Shown here piece after piece: positions 1 to 10,983 of a stretch of 64,000 nt of DNA. This DNA comes from an uncultured Chitinophagaceae bacterium (GTDB lineage Bacteria > Bacteroidota > Bacteroidia > Chitinophagales > Chitinophagaceae). A program made the translations under genes and the position numbers. The first letter of the stretch is position 1, and each line of letters begins with the position of its first letter. Location of the stretch: the NCBI GenBank assembly GCA_963801295.1, contig CAWDEH010000007.1, forward strand, positions 699,848-763,847, in the 5' to 3' direction. The notes below the pieces were generated by a model. That model made no database searches. It was given only the letters and a program-made list of their open reading frames with translations, and had not been told where the DNA came from.

Positions 1-29
1 GAAGCGGGTAAAATTTATATCGTATTGCA

Positions 30-1562
30 GTGAAATTATTAAGTCCTGCCATATCACGACTGGCCAGGATGCGACTCTGGCAGATCGAGCAATGGGTGCT
101 TGACCCGGTTGCCGTTCAGCGGGAGGTATTGCAGGACCTGGTCACCTCCGCCCAGTACACCGAAATCGGCCGAAAATATGATTTCTCCAAATTATTCACC
201 ATCAAAGGCTTTAAAAAAGCGGTTCCCATCCATGAATACGACGACCTGAAACCTTATATCCACCGGATCATGCAGGGCGAAGAAAATCTGCTCTGGAATA
301 CACCCATCAACTGGTTTGCCAAAAGCAGCGGAACCACCAGCGATAAAAGTAAATTCATTCCGGTGAGTGAAGAAAGCCTGCAGGACTGCCACTATCGCGG
401 CGCCAAGGATGTGCTCACCATGTATTATCAGTTTCAATCCTGAATCGGATCTGCTCACCGGCAAAGGCCTGGTGATCGGCGGAAGCCATACCATCAACCA
501 GTTCAATGAAGAAGTGCAATATGGCGACCTGAGCGCGGTGCTGCTGCAAAATTCTCCTTTCTGGGGAAACTGGATCCGAACGCCCGAACTGCATATTGCC
601 TTACTGGATGAATGGGAAGATAAAATTGAAAAACTGGCCAACAATACCATCAGGAAAATGTGACTTCTATTTCCGGCGTTCCTACCTGGACCCTGGTGCT
701 GATCAAAAGAATCCTGGAGATGACGGGAAAAGACAGCCTGCTCGAAGTATGGCCATCCCTGGAATTATATATTCATGGCGGCGTTTCGTTTACACCTTAC
801 CGTGAGCAGTTCAGGAAACTGATCGGCGAGCGACATCAATTACCTGGAAATGTACAATGCCAGTGAAGGATTTTTTGCCGCGCAGGATAATCCGGGAGAA
901 GACGGCATGCTGCTGTTCACCGACCACGGCATTTTTATGGAGTTTATGCCGGTGGAAGAATATGGAAAACCCAATCCGCAAACAGTCGGACTGGAGAAAG
1001 TGGAAGCGGGATAAAAATTATGCGCTGGTGATCAGCACCAATGGCGGTCTGTGGCGATATCTGCTGGGAGATACCATTCAGTTCACTTCCCTGAATCCTT
1101 ACCGGATCAGGGTAAGCGGAAGGCTAAAACATTATATCAATGCCTTTGGAGAAGAAGTGATCGTGGATAATGCAGACAAGGCCATTGTGTCGGCAGCAGA
1201 AAAATCAGGCGCAGTGGTAAATGATTATACCGCGGCGCCGGTATATTTCGGCGATCATTCCAACGGCGCCCATGAATGGCTGATCGAATTTGAAAAAGAA
1301 CCGGAAGATATGTGCCTGTTTTCGTACGAACTGGATAAGGCATTGAAAGAACTGAACAGCGATTATGAAGCCAAGCGTTATAAGGATATTGCACTGCGTC
1401 TGCCCACTGGTCAAATCCGTCCCCAAGGGACTGTTCACCAGCTGGCTGCGCAGCAAGGGCAAACTGGGCGGACAGCACAAGGTTCCCCGACTTTGCAACG
1501 ACCGGAAATATATGGATGAGATTTATGTGTTGATGGAGGCGGAGGAGGTGGAGGAGGGTTGA
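30..1562 (+). CDS. GH3 family (acyl-acid amido synthetase-like, 'GH3 auxin-responsive promoter') protein; split by several indels
   Basis: Consecutive ORF fragments carry WFAKSSGTTSDKSKFIPVS, SGVPTW, TNGGLWRYLLGD and GKLGGQHKVPRL, typical of Bacteroidota GH3 proteins. Confidence 0.85.
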
Positions 1563-1610
1563 TCGTAGATGGACGAGGCTGTAATTTTTAACTGCGATAG
1601 GACTTATTAA

Positions 1611-2892
1611 TCAGTGTAGTTTTAGTGGAGACGGTTTATAGCGGCGTCGCAGTTTGGTGGAGGCGGTTTGACAATCGGGAGATAATATTCCTACGATGAT
1701 AAGGCTAACAAAGGAAGAAGTATAAAAAAGATACCCGTAAGGCACATCTATAAACTGATAGAAAATAATCAGGGTCAATTTTAAGGGCAGCCAGGCTTAC
1801 ATTATTTAATCTTCTGCTTTTTCTGTAGCAGGCAAAACAAAACAAAAACACCGGCAGTATAAAGCTGCAAAGCAACAGGGTTGCATGCAGGCGGCTGCAT
1901 GATGTGGTCCGAAAAATTTAGCAAACCCCAGGTTGAGCCAGAATATTTCAGGACTGTCGGCCCAAACCCTAGCGCAAAAGATACATAACCGGAGGGAAGG
2001 CGGATCAGCCGCCTAACCGGAGAAAATCCAAAGGGAATCAGAAAAAAAACCAGAAAGAAAACGAATCCGGTCAAAGAAAAAAGAATGCTCCTTTTATACT
2101 TTTTCTGTAAAATCAGGATCAGCAGGAAAGGAATGATCCAGCCGATCAGGCTGTACCGGCTCAGGAGGCAAAGTGATGCGGCGATCGCAATAAAGTAAAT
2201 ATTTCCGGAAACAATGGCGAAACAAAGCAGTACAGTAATAAAAAATAACCGGGCCTTCCTCACTCAGACTGATCAGGCCATGCACATCGTCCCTTGAAAA
2301 GATCCACCAGAAAAACATGGCGGCAACCGCAATCAGCAGATAAGAATAAAAAGAATTTTTCCTGATCCGCAATACATAAAAGAAAACCGCCAAAACTGAG
2401 CAGGAGGCAAAGAACGGTTACCCAGCGCATATCCAGTTTCATTAAAACCGCGCCGGAATAGGGCAGCCACATGGCAGGAAGATAAATTGGCTGGTGCCAT
2501 TCCATATTTCCGCAATGGGATCGTAAACCTGTTTCCAGTGGCCACTCAGAAAACGCTCATTCATCACTTTGATCACCGGCAGCATATCGGCATAATCCGG
2601 ATCAATGGGAATCCGGAAAAACCAATAACGGGAAGTGATATAGGCCAGGAAAATCATTCCGGCGATCAGCGCCGTATTTTATCAGTGATGCATCCGTTGG
2701 ACTCCGATTTGCGGAGTGAATCCAGTCCGGCTTCGGGAAGAAATAACAATGAAAAACCAGGATCAGCCCCGCAATAAAATATAAGACGGAGATCACTGCT
2801 GTTTGCGCGCCTAAAAGAAGACCATAGCTTGCAAAAAAAGTTTCTGCAATAAAAGAAATCAACAATAAGTTCTTTGCAACTTTACAATCCAT
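1611..2892 (-). CDS. Polytopic membrane protein, possibly GT-C/GT87-like glycosyltransferase; frameshifted, 3' end approximate
   Basis: Chain of hydrophobic ORF fragments with ADMLPVI...VYDPI...PIYLPAMWLPY and SRY motifs resembling GT-C loops. Confidence 0.5.
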
Positions 2893-2948
2893 GGCGGGTG
2901 AAAAGCGTTAAATTAATATTTTTATTTACCTGCAAACATTCGAGTGTA

Positions 2949-2956
2949 TATATTTG
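2949..2956 (+). promoter_or_regulatory. Bacteroidota -7 promoter box (TATATTTG) for fabG
   Basis: Exact TAnnTTTG match 20 nt upstream of the ATG. Confidence 0.6.
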
Positions 2957-2976
2957 ACAATCTTTAATGCAATGAC

Positions 2977-3728
2977 ATGAAATTATTAGAGGGTAAAATA
3001 GCCATCGTTACGGGTGCTGCCCGGGGAATCGGGGAAGCAATTGCCCTTAAACTGGCTTCGCAGGGTGCACATATTGCATTTACTTTTCTGTCCAGTGAAG
3101 AAAAGGCAAAGACCCTGGAACAAAAACTTGATCGCCCTGGGCGTAAAAGCAAAAGCATATAAAAGCAATGCCGGTTCATACGAAGAATGCGAACAACTGG
3201 TGAATGCAGTAGCTGAAAGAATATGGAACGGTGGATGTTTGCATCAATAATGCCGGCATTTCCAAAGATAGTTTGTTGCTGCGTCTTACGCCGGAGCAAT
3301 GGGATGAAGTAATGAACACGAACCTGAAGAGTGTTTTCAATATGACCAAACAGGTGATCCGTCCCATGCTGAAGGCAAAAAAAGGATCCATCGTGAATAT
3401 GAGCTCCATCATTGGCATCCGTGGTAATGCGGGCCAATCCAGCTATGCCGCTTCCAAAGCCGGCATCATCGGCTTCACCAAATCCGTCGCCCATGAACTG
3501 GGCAGCCGCAATATCCGCTGCAATGCCATTGCGCCGGGTTTTATTGAAACGGATATGACGCATTATCTGCAGGATGAAGACAATGCCAAATCCTTTCTCG
3601 CAAAAATTCCCCTGGGAAGATTCGGCAGCGCGGAAGAGATTGCCGACACCGCGCTTTTTCTGGCTTCCGATATGAGCAGTTATATTACCGGCCAGGTGAT
3701 CAGTATCTGCGGCGGATTGAATATCTGA
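2977..3728 (+). CDS. fabG: 3-oxoacyl-ACP reductase; frameshifted
   Basis: TGAARGIG, NNAGI, YAASKAG and NAIAPGFIETDMT SDR motifs. Confidence 0.9.
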
Positions 3729-3858
3729 TCAATCCTGTTATCTAACCCATTCCCAATCTGCTCATCCCCATTTGTTAAATTTTGCAAAGCCTGTTTCAGT
3801 TTCAGTATTTGATCCCTATTTTCGCAGCGTTCGATGAAATCAAATTTCGCAACACCTG

Positions 3859-4158
3859 ATGAAGCCCAACAAAATTATAGCTGTTTTTCTTACGCTGGTC
3901 CTCAGCATTCAGGTGATTCCATTGAAGCAGATCGCAGCATGGCTTTCCTCCGCACAGATTACCGAAGAAATAACCCACAGCATTAAATCCGGGAAATACA
4001 ATCCTGCTGGCGAAGAAATAAAGCATCCGTTCCTTTTATATTCAGCTGGTTCCGGACTCAGTTCCTTCCTGATATCCACCCAGTCCAGGCATCATCAGGA
4101 TGAAGCACTCTATGGCCGCGACAATGATGATATTCTTTCTCCTCCCCCCAATTGCTGA
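3859..4158 (+). CDS. Small hypothetical protein with N-terminal hydrophobic segment and C-terminal SPPPNC; possible leader peptide
   Basis: 99-aa ORF upstream of SulP, same strand. Confidence 0.6.
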   Translation: MKPNKIIAVFLTLVLSIQVIPLKQIAAWLSSAQITEEITHSIKSGKYNPAGEEIKHPFLLYSAGSGLSSFLISTQSRHHQDEALYGRDNDDILSPPPNC

Positions 4159-4440
4159 TTCTGTATAATTTATTCCGTGGTGCCGGTCTGATGGCCGGCA
4201 GGCTCCTGTCGTATTATGATCCGTGCGGCCCGGCTGGCAGGCTTCTGATCAGATAGAGGCCACTCAGTCAGAAGGTTTCATGACTTATTTCAATGGAGTT
4301 TGCTCTACAGACTCTCATATTGTTTCAGTAGGGTCATCAACCGATTTCTCTATTGTTTCAGGTGGGACCAGGCCGATATATGATCGACCGCCCATCTGGA
4401 ATCAGACAATCTCATTTTTAATTTTTAATTTTTATTTTAT

Positions 4441-6004
4441 ATGAAAAAACTCTTTCAATATACAGCTGCAGATATCCCTTCCTCTATCGTTGTGTTTCTG
4501 GTAGCCCTGCCGCTCTGCCTGGGCATTGCCCTGGGATCCGGTGCACCATTATTTTCAGGAATCATTGCCGGCATGGCCGGTGGAATAATTGTCGGGATGA
4601 TCAGTGGTTCTTCCCTTAGCGTGAGCGGGCCTGCGGCAGGACTTACCGCCGTAGTAGCCACCGCCATTGGAAAAATGCCGGCTTACGAAGCCTTTTTGCT
4701 ATCCGTTGTGATTGCGGGCGCCGTGCAGGTTATTTTTGGTTTTTTACGCGCAGGCGTAGTCGGTGATTATGTTCCCAACAGCGTTATCCGGGGAATGCTT
4801 GCCGGTATCGGCGTTATCCTGATTCTGAAACAATTGCCAAACCTCATGGGTTATACGCATGATTTTTTTGGCGACCAGGCATTTATTCAGGGCGACAATC
4901 AAAATACTTTTTCTGAACTGACGCAATCATTAAATCATCTTTCACCGCCAGCCCTGATCATCGGTGTCCTGTCCGTGACCCTGCTGGTTCTTTGGGATCG
5001 TCCTTTTTTAAAATACATAAAAAGATATATCCCCGGCCCGCTCGCAGTGGTGGTGGTTGCCCTGGCGCTGAGTGAATACTTTAAAACCAATGGGTCCGGG
5101 TTTTCCCTGCTTCCGGAACAACTTGTTAATCTGCCAGTAGCCAATGACTGGGCATCTTTCACCGGGTTTTTTGTTTTTCCCAAATGGGAATATTTAAATA
5201 ATACGGATGTTTGGATAACGGGCGTTACCATTGCGCTGATCGCGAGCCTGGAAACTTTACTGGGCATTGAAGCGGTCGATAAACTCGATCCGGCCAAACG
5301 GAAAACACCCACTAACCGGGAATTAAAAGCGCAGGGTATCGGCAATATGGTCTCCGGTCTGTTGGGAGGACTCCCCGTTACTTCTGTTATTGTACGCAGT
5401 TCGGCCAATGTAAATGCCGGTGCGAAATCCAAACTCTCAACTATTCTGCACGGCCTACTCATTCTGCTGAGCGTACTATTTATTCCGGGGCTGCTGAATA
5501 AAATTCCATTGAGCGCACTCGCGGCGATACTGGTAGTTACCGGATATAAACTGGTGAAGCCTTCCCTGTTCACGCATTTTTACCGGAAAGGGCTGGATCA
5601 GTTCGTTCCCTTTGTGGTAACGATCCTGGCTATCCTGCTGTCTGATCTGCTTACGGGAATCCTGATTGGAGTGGCCGTTGCCATGTTTTCTTTGCTCAGG
5701 AGCAATTTTAAGTCGTCTGTAATGGGTGTGAACGATGAAAATAAATACCTTGTGCGTTTTCGCAAGGATATTTCGTTTTTAAACAAACCTTTTCTGAAAG
5801 AAAAACTCGAATCCGTTCCGCAGGATGCTTATGTGCTGATCGATATGATGCGGGCAGATTTCATCGACAAGGATATTATTGACGTGGTTAATGAATTCAT
5901 TCCTGCATGCCCATTTGAAGAATATCCGCGTAGAAGTAAAAAAAAGCCGGAATAAATCATTACATCATCTGGTAATGAACAATCCGGTAATGTTAAAACA
6001 GTAA
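4441..6004 (+). CDS. SulP/SLC26 family anion (bicarbonate) transporter; indel near 5900 truncates the STAS-like tail in the ORF track
   Basis: VFLVALPLCLGIALGSGAP, VSGPAAGL and NRELKAQGIGN motifs; shifted frame continues LHAHLKNIRVE to a stop at 6004. Confidence 0.9.
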
Positions 6005-6151
6005 CCCGGATTTCCCGGGCAGAAGCAAAGGAATTAATAAATACGAACCGGATATCAGACAGATGATCTGCAACGCGCCGGTAACCAGACAACGGATGTT
6101 TACCCCGGTAAGCTGAAAAAATAAATACATTCACAGAATAAATGTAAACTG

Positions 6152-6797
6152 ATGACAATTGATAAATTACTGCTGGAGAACAAAGCCTGGGCATCTGAAA
6201 AGAAGGCGGAGGATCCCGGAATATTTTGAGCGGCTCTCGCGTCTGCAAACGCCGGAATTTTTATGGATCGGCTGCAGCGACAGCCGGGTGCCGGCCAATG
6301 AGATCACCGGTACGCAACCCGGGGAGATCTTCGTTCACCGCAATATAGCCAACCTGGTGATCCATACCGACGTGAACCTGCTCAGCGTGCTGGAATATGC
6401 GGTCGTTCACCTCAAAGTAAAACATGTGATCGTTTGCGGCCATTATGGCTGCGGCGGCATCAAGGCGGCGATGACCAATCACGATTTCAAACAGGTGCTG
6501 AATATGTGGCTCCGGAATATCAAGGATGTTTACCGGCTGCACCGCAACGAACTGGAAGCCATCCCCGATCAGAAAAAAAGAGAAGACCGGCTAACCGAAT
6601 TCAATGTGCAGGAACAGGTACTGCATCTCGCCAAAACCTCCATCATTCAACGCGCCTGGCAGTATAAGAAAGCACCCCAGCTCCATGGCTGGGTCTATGG
6701 CCTGCAGGACGGTCTGCTGCATTCCGTATTCAGCATGACGCCCGATACGCCCTTGGATCCTTTGTATAGGTATGGGGATTTGAGTGAGGAGGGATGA
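6152..6797 (+). CDS. can: Beta-class carbonic anhydrase; 5' indel
   Basis: [16 protein letters not shown] and CGHYGCGG zinc motifs; N-terminus [14 protein letters not shown] in adjacent frame. Confidence 0.92.
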
Positions 6798-6802
6798 GAG
6801 AG

Positions 6803-6921
6803 TGGATGGTATATGGTGATGGTGGATAGACGTTGATGCGAAGTTTGATCTACCTGAGTATAGCTATATTATACGGATTAACTGCCTTACAGTGTCCATC
6901 AACATCCACCATATACCATCA
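6803..6921. repeat. Heptamer-based imperfect inverted repeat (CCAT-family)
   Basis: GATGGTATATGGTGATGGTGGATAGAC ... GTCCATCAACATCCACCATATACCATC between convergent genes. Confidence 0.7.
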
Positions 6922-7679
6922 ACCCTTCCTAATGGCTTTCTGCGCAAACTCCCCCGCCACCAGCTTCCCGCTCATCTTCGCCCGTTCCGCCAGCAGCTGA
7001 TCCCAGTGGGAAGTGCCTTCCCAGAACATTTTCTTCATTTCTTTCATGGCCTGGGGATTGGAATGACTGAGGTGATTGATGATCCTTGCAATGGATTCAT
7101 CCATCTGTTCATTTGTTGTGTGGACTTCTGAATAAAGACCCCTGGATTTTGCCCATTCCGCCGTTCTCCAGGAAGAAGCATCTATGGCAAGCTGGGAAAA
7201 AAAGGAAGATCCGATTTTCCGTTCCATCGCCGGGCCAATTACAAAGGGCCCGATACCAATGGCCAGTTCGCTGAGCTTGATTTCAGCCCCCGTTAGTGCG
7301 ATGCTGTAATCCGCAGCAGCAATAAGGCCTACACCGCCGCCCACAGATTTTCCCTGAACACGTGCAATAATAAATTTCGGGCACTTGCGCATGCTGTTGA
7401 TGACATGTGCAAAGCCATTGAAAAAATCTTCCCCCTCCCGCGGCCGTTTTGATAGCGGATAATTCGGTAAAGGAAGCTCCGGCACAGAAGGCGCTTTCTC
7501 CCGGCCGATCGCAGAAGGATCACCCGCACTTCATCATCCAGACCTGCACTGTGTATCTGCGTGGCCAGTTCTGAAAGCAGGTTGCGCGGCAGTGAATTGC
7601 CCTTGGGATGAAAAAATTCAATGGTCATGGATTGTCCATGTCTTTCCGATTTCACATAACCGGATGAATTCCCGTTCAT
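6919..7679 (-). CDS. Enoyl-CoA hydratase/isomerase family protein; frameshifted
   Basis: ARVQGKSVGGGVGLIAAADY and KLSELAIGIGP crotonase motifs. Confidence 0.88.
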
Positions 7680-7684
7680 ATTGT

Positions 7685-9727
7685 TTAGGATTTTTTTCTA
7701 ACCATTGTAAGAATGCTTGCGATCATCACGGATTCTCCCGAATCATCATATACATCCACATACCATTTCACAATTCCTTTCGGCACTTCATCGCCTTCTT
7801 TTAATTCCTGGCTGGTTTTCTCCTTGCAGGTCAGTCGCACGCCAATCGTTGTTCCGGCATAAACCGGTTTTACAAACCGGCAGTCTTCAATGCCGTAATT
7901 CAGCAATACCGGCCCCTTTGCTGCGTCTACAAACAATCCGGCAGCTGCACTCAGAATAAAATAACCATGTGCAACAGGCTTTTCAAAAATCGTTCCTTCC
8001 AGCGAGGTAAAATCGGTATGCACATAAAAATGATCCCAGCTCAGATTGGCAAACTGCGAAATATCCGATTCCGTTATCGTGCGTTTATGGGTAATGACCG
8101 TATCGCCGATCTGCAGCTCCTCGAAATATTTTTTAAACGGATGCTTTACATCGGTCGTTTGTTTTGCGTGTGGCTGATAAACGGAAGTAATGGCAGTGAT
8201 GGATGTGGGCGATCCCTGGATCGCTACCCTTTGCATATAATGTTTCACGCCGCGGGCCCCGCCCATTTCTTCACCTCCACCGGCACGACCGGGACCGCCA
8301 TGAACCAGCATCGGCAATGGCGAACCATGACCGGTACTTTCCTTTGCACAATCCCTATTTAAAATCAGTATTCTTCCATGATGCGTGGCTGCGGCAATCA
8401 CATATTGTTTTGCCATCCCGTCATCGGCCGTAACAATGGTGCTGCATAAGGAGCCCTTTCCCTTTTTTTGCCAGCGCAATTGCTTCCTCCATATTTTTAT
8501 ATGGCATCAGTGTGCTCACCGGACCAAATGCTTCAATGCTGTGCGATGCTTCGCCTGTAAACGGATGTTCATTCAACAGCAGCAAAGGGCTCATGAAAGC
8601 TCCTTTTTCAGGATCAGCATCCAGCAGTTCCACACTGTCCATTGATCCATAAATGATCTGAGAAGAAGCCAGCAGTTTTTGTACCTGCTCATGCACTTCC
8701 TTCCGCTGATCCTTTCCGGCCAGTGCGCCCATTCTGACTTTTTCATTGGCGGGGTTTCCGATGATGGTTTGTGCAAGTGCTTTGAGAATGGATCTGCTCA
8801 TTTCTTCCAGCCGGTTCTCCGGAACAAAGATCCGGCGGATGGCCGTACATTTTTGTCCGGCTTTAACCGTCATCTCCTTCCTCACTTCTTTCACAAATAT
8901 ATCCCATTCCGGTTTGGAAGGATCCACGTCTTCACCCAGCACAATACAATTCAGGGAATCTGCTTCCATGGTGAAGGAAACATTTTCTTTCAGAATATTC
9001 GGATTGGATTTCAGTTTAAGTCCGGTGGAAGCCGAACCGGTAAATGTAACCGTATCCTGCGCATTCAGCAGATCCAGCAGGTTGCCGGTGCTGCCGCAGA
9101 TCAGTTGCAGGGCGCCTGCCGGCAAAATACCGGACGCATGAATTTCCCTTACCACAGCTTCCGTTAAAAAAGAGGTGACCGTTGCGGGTTTCACAATGGC
9201 GGGAACACCGGCCAGCAGGTTAACGGCAATTTTTTCCAGCATTCCCCATACCGGGAAATTATAGGCATTGATATGAACCGCTACGCCTTCTTTTGGAACC
9301 AGGAGATGATGGCCCATGAATGTATGCTGCTTACTGAGATTAACCGGATCTCCATCCGTGCAAAACGGCTGATCCGGAAATTTTCTGCGAAGCGAAGCAT
9401 AAGAAAATAAATTCCCGATTCCGCCTTCGATATCAATCCAGCTGTCGGCGCGGGTAGCCCCGGTCTGATAACTGATCCGGTAAAATTTTTCGAGCTGTGT
9501 TTGCAGATGCAGCGCCAGCGCTTTCAGCATACGGCCCCGTTCATGAAAACTCATTTTGCGCAATACGGGATTCCCGGTATTCCGCGCATAATCCAGCATC
9601 TGTTGAAAATCCACTCCGGCAGAACCGGCTGTGCAGATCGGAACTCCGGTAACGGCATCAAAGAGAACCTGTCCCTCCCCTTCCCCCTCGATCCATTTCC
9701 CGCGATATAATTTCCCAGTTTTTTCAT
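7685..9727 (-). CDS. paaZ: Bifunctional aldehyde dehydrogenase/MaoC enoyl-CoA hydratase PaaZ; frameshifted
   Basis: ALDH motifs HINAYNFPVWGMLEK, KAGQKCTAIRR and EAFGPV plus C-terminal MaoC domain (WDHFYVH, AHGYFILS). Confidence 0.92.
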
Positions 9728-9782
9728 CCGCAAATTTTATCCGATGAATCTGCCGGTTATCCAGTTCCGTTCCCACACCTAA

Positions 9783-9838
9783 GTCCGTCAACCGTCATCC
9801 CGCCTTCGCTCTGCTTCGGCGGGCGAGGCCGTCAACCC
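9783..9838. repeat. CCGTCAW heptamer array interrupted by a 30-nt GC-rich hairpin
   Basis: ccgtcaa-ccgtcat-[cccgccttcgctctgcttcggcgggcgagg]-ccgtcaa. Confidence 0.7.
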
Positions 9839-10813
9839 TCACCAGCCCAGTATCCAGGCAAAAATCAATGGCGCCACAATGGTCGCATCACTTTCCACAA
9901 TGTATTTCGGTGTATGGATGTCCAGTTTTCCCCAGGTAATTTTCTCATTGGGCACGGCGCCGGAATAAGAACCATAGGAAGTGGTGGAATCAGAGATCTG
10001 GCAGAAATAACTCCAGAAAGGAACATCATGCCATTCCAGGTCCTGGTACATCATGGGCACTACGCAAATGGGAAAATCGCCGGCAATGCCCCCGCCGATC
10101 TGGAAGAATCCAACGCCTTTGCCTCCTGAATTTTTCCGGTACCAGTCACTCAGCCACACCATGTATTCAATACCACTCTTCATGGTGGTGGGTTTCAGTT
10201 CGCCTTTTACAATATAGGAAGCAAAAATATTTCCCATGGTGCTATCCTCCCATCCGCCCACTACGATGGGAAGGTTTTTTTCTGCCGCCGCAATCATCCA
10301 GCTGTCTTTTACATCAATTTCATACCCTTCCTGCATGACCTTACTCAGCAGCAGTTTATACATAAATTCGTGCGGAAAATATCTTTCCCCTTTCTGATCA
10401 GCGTCTTTCCACAGTTTCACGATATGCTGCTGGATTTTGCGGAATGCCTCTTCTTCCGGGATACAGGTATCGGTCACCCGGTTCAATCCCTTTTCCAGCA
10501 GTTCATATTCCTGCTGCGGCGTCAGGTCGCGGTAATGCGGAACTCTTTTATAGTGGGAATGCGCAACCAGGTTCATGATGTCCTCTTCCAGATTGGCGCC
10601 AGTACAGGAGATAATGTGAATTTTATCCTGACGGATCATTTCAGCCAGCGAAACCCCCAGTTCCGCGGTACTCATGGCGCCCGCAAGGGTCACCATCATT
10701 TTACCCCCTTCCGTTAAATGGGTTTCATATCCTTTAGCCGCATCCACAAGGGCTGCTGCATTGAAATGTCGGTAATGATGCGCTACAAACTGGGAAACCG
10801 GTCCTTTATTCAT
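9839..10813 (-). CDS. Deoxyhypusine synthase-like protein (probable homospermidine synthase)
   Basis: TLAGAMSTAELG, CTGANLEED and GSYSGAVPNEKITWGK motifs. Confidence 0.9.
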   Translation of the reverse strand: MNKGPVSQFVAHHYRHFNAAALVDAAKGYETHLTEGGKMMVTLAGAMSTAELGVSLAEMIRQDKIHIISCTGANLEEDIMNLVAHSHYKRVPHYRDLTPQQEYELLEKGLNRVTDTCIPEEEAFRKIQQHIVKLWKDADQKGERYFPHEFMYKLLLSKVMQEGYEIDVKDSWMIAAAEKNLPIVVGGWEDSTMGNIFASYIVKGELKPTTMKSGIEYMVWLSDWYRKNSGGKGVGFFQIGGGIAGDFPICVVPMMYQDLEWHDVPFWSYFCQISDSTTSYGSYSGAVPNEKITWGKLDIHTPKYIVESDATIVAPLIFAWILGW

Positions 10814-10983
10814 GCTTTTGATAATCTTTAAAGGCAAAAATAATTTTTTTTAGTTGCCCCTTCAAAACAATCCGTTGACACTCAAATCGGCCTGCCGGAA
10901 TCATTCCCACTGACAATTAGTGGCGATTTCCAGGTTTCATCCCGGAAATTTTTTTAAATGTAATTTTATTGGAAACTCTTATC

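Noticed and set aside
4935-5573. Long antisense ORFs (also 13575-14273, 39709-40482, 51158-51886, 60555-61274)
   Set aside because: Shadow frames opposite well-supported genes, with no motifs of their own
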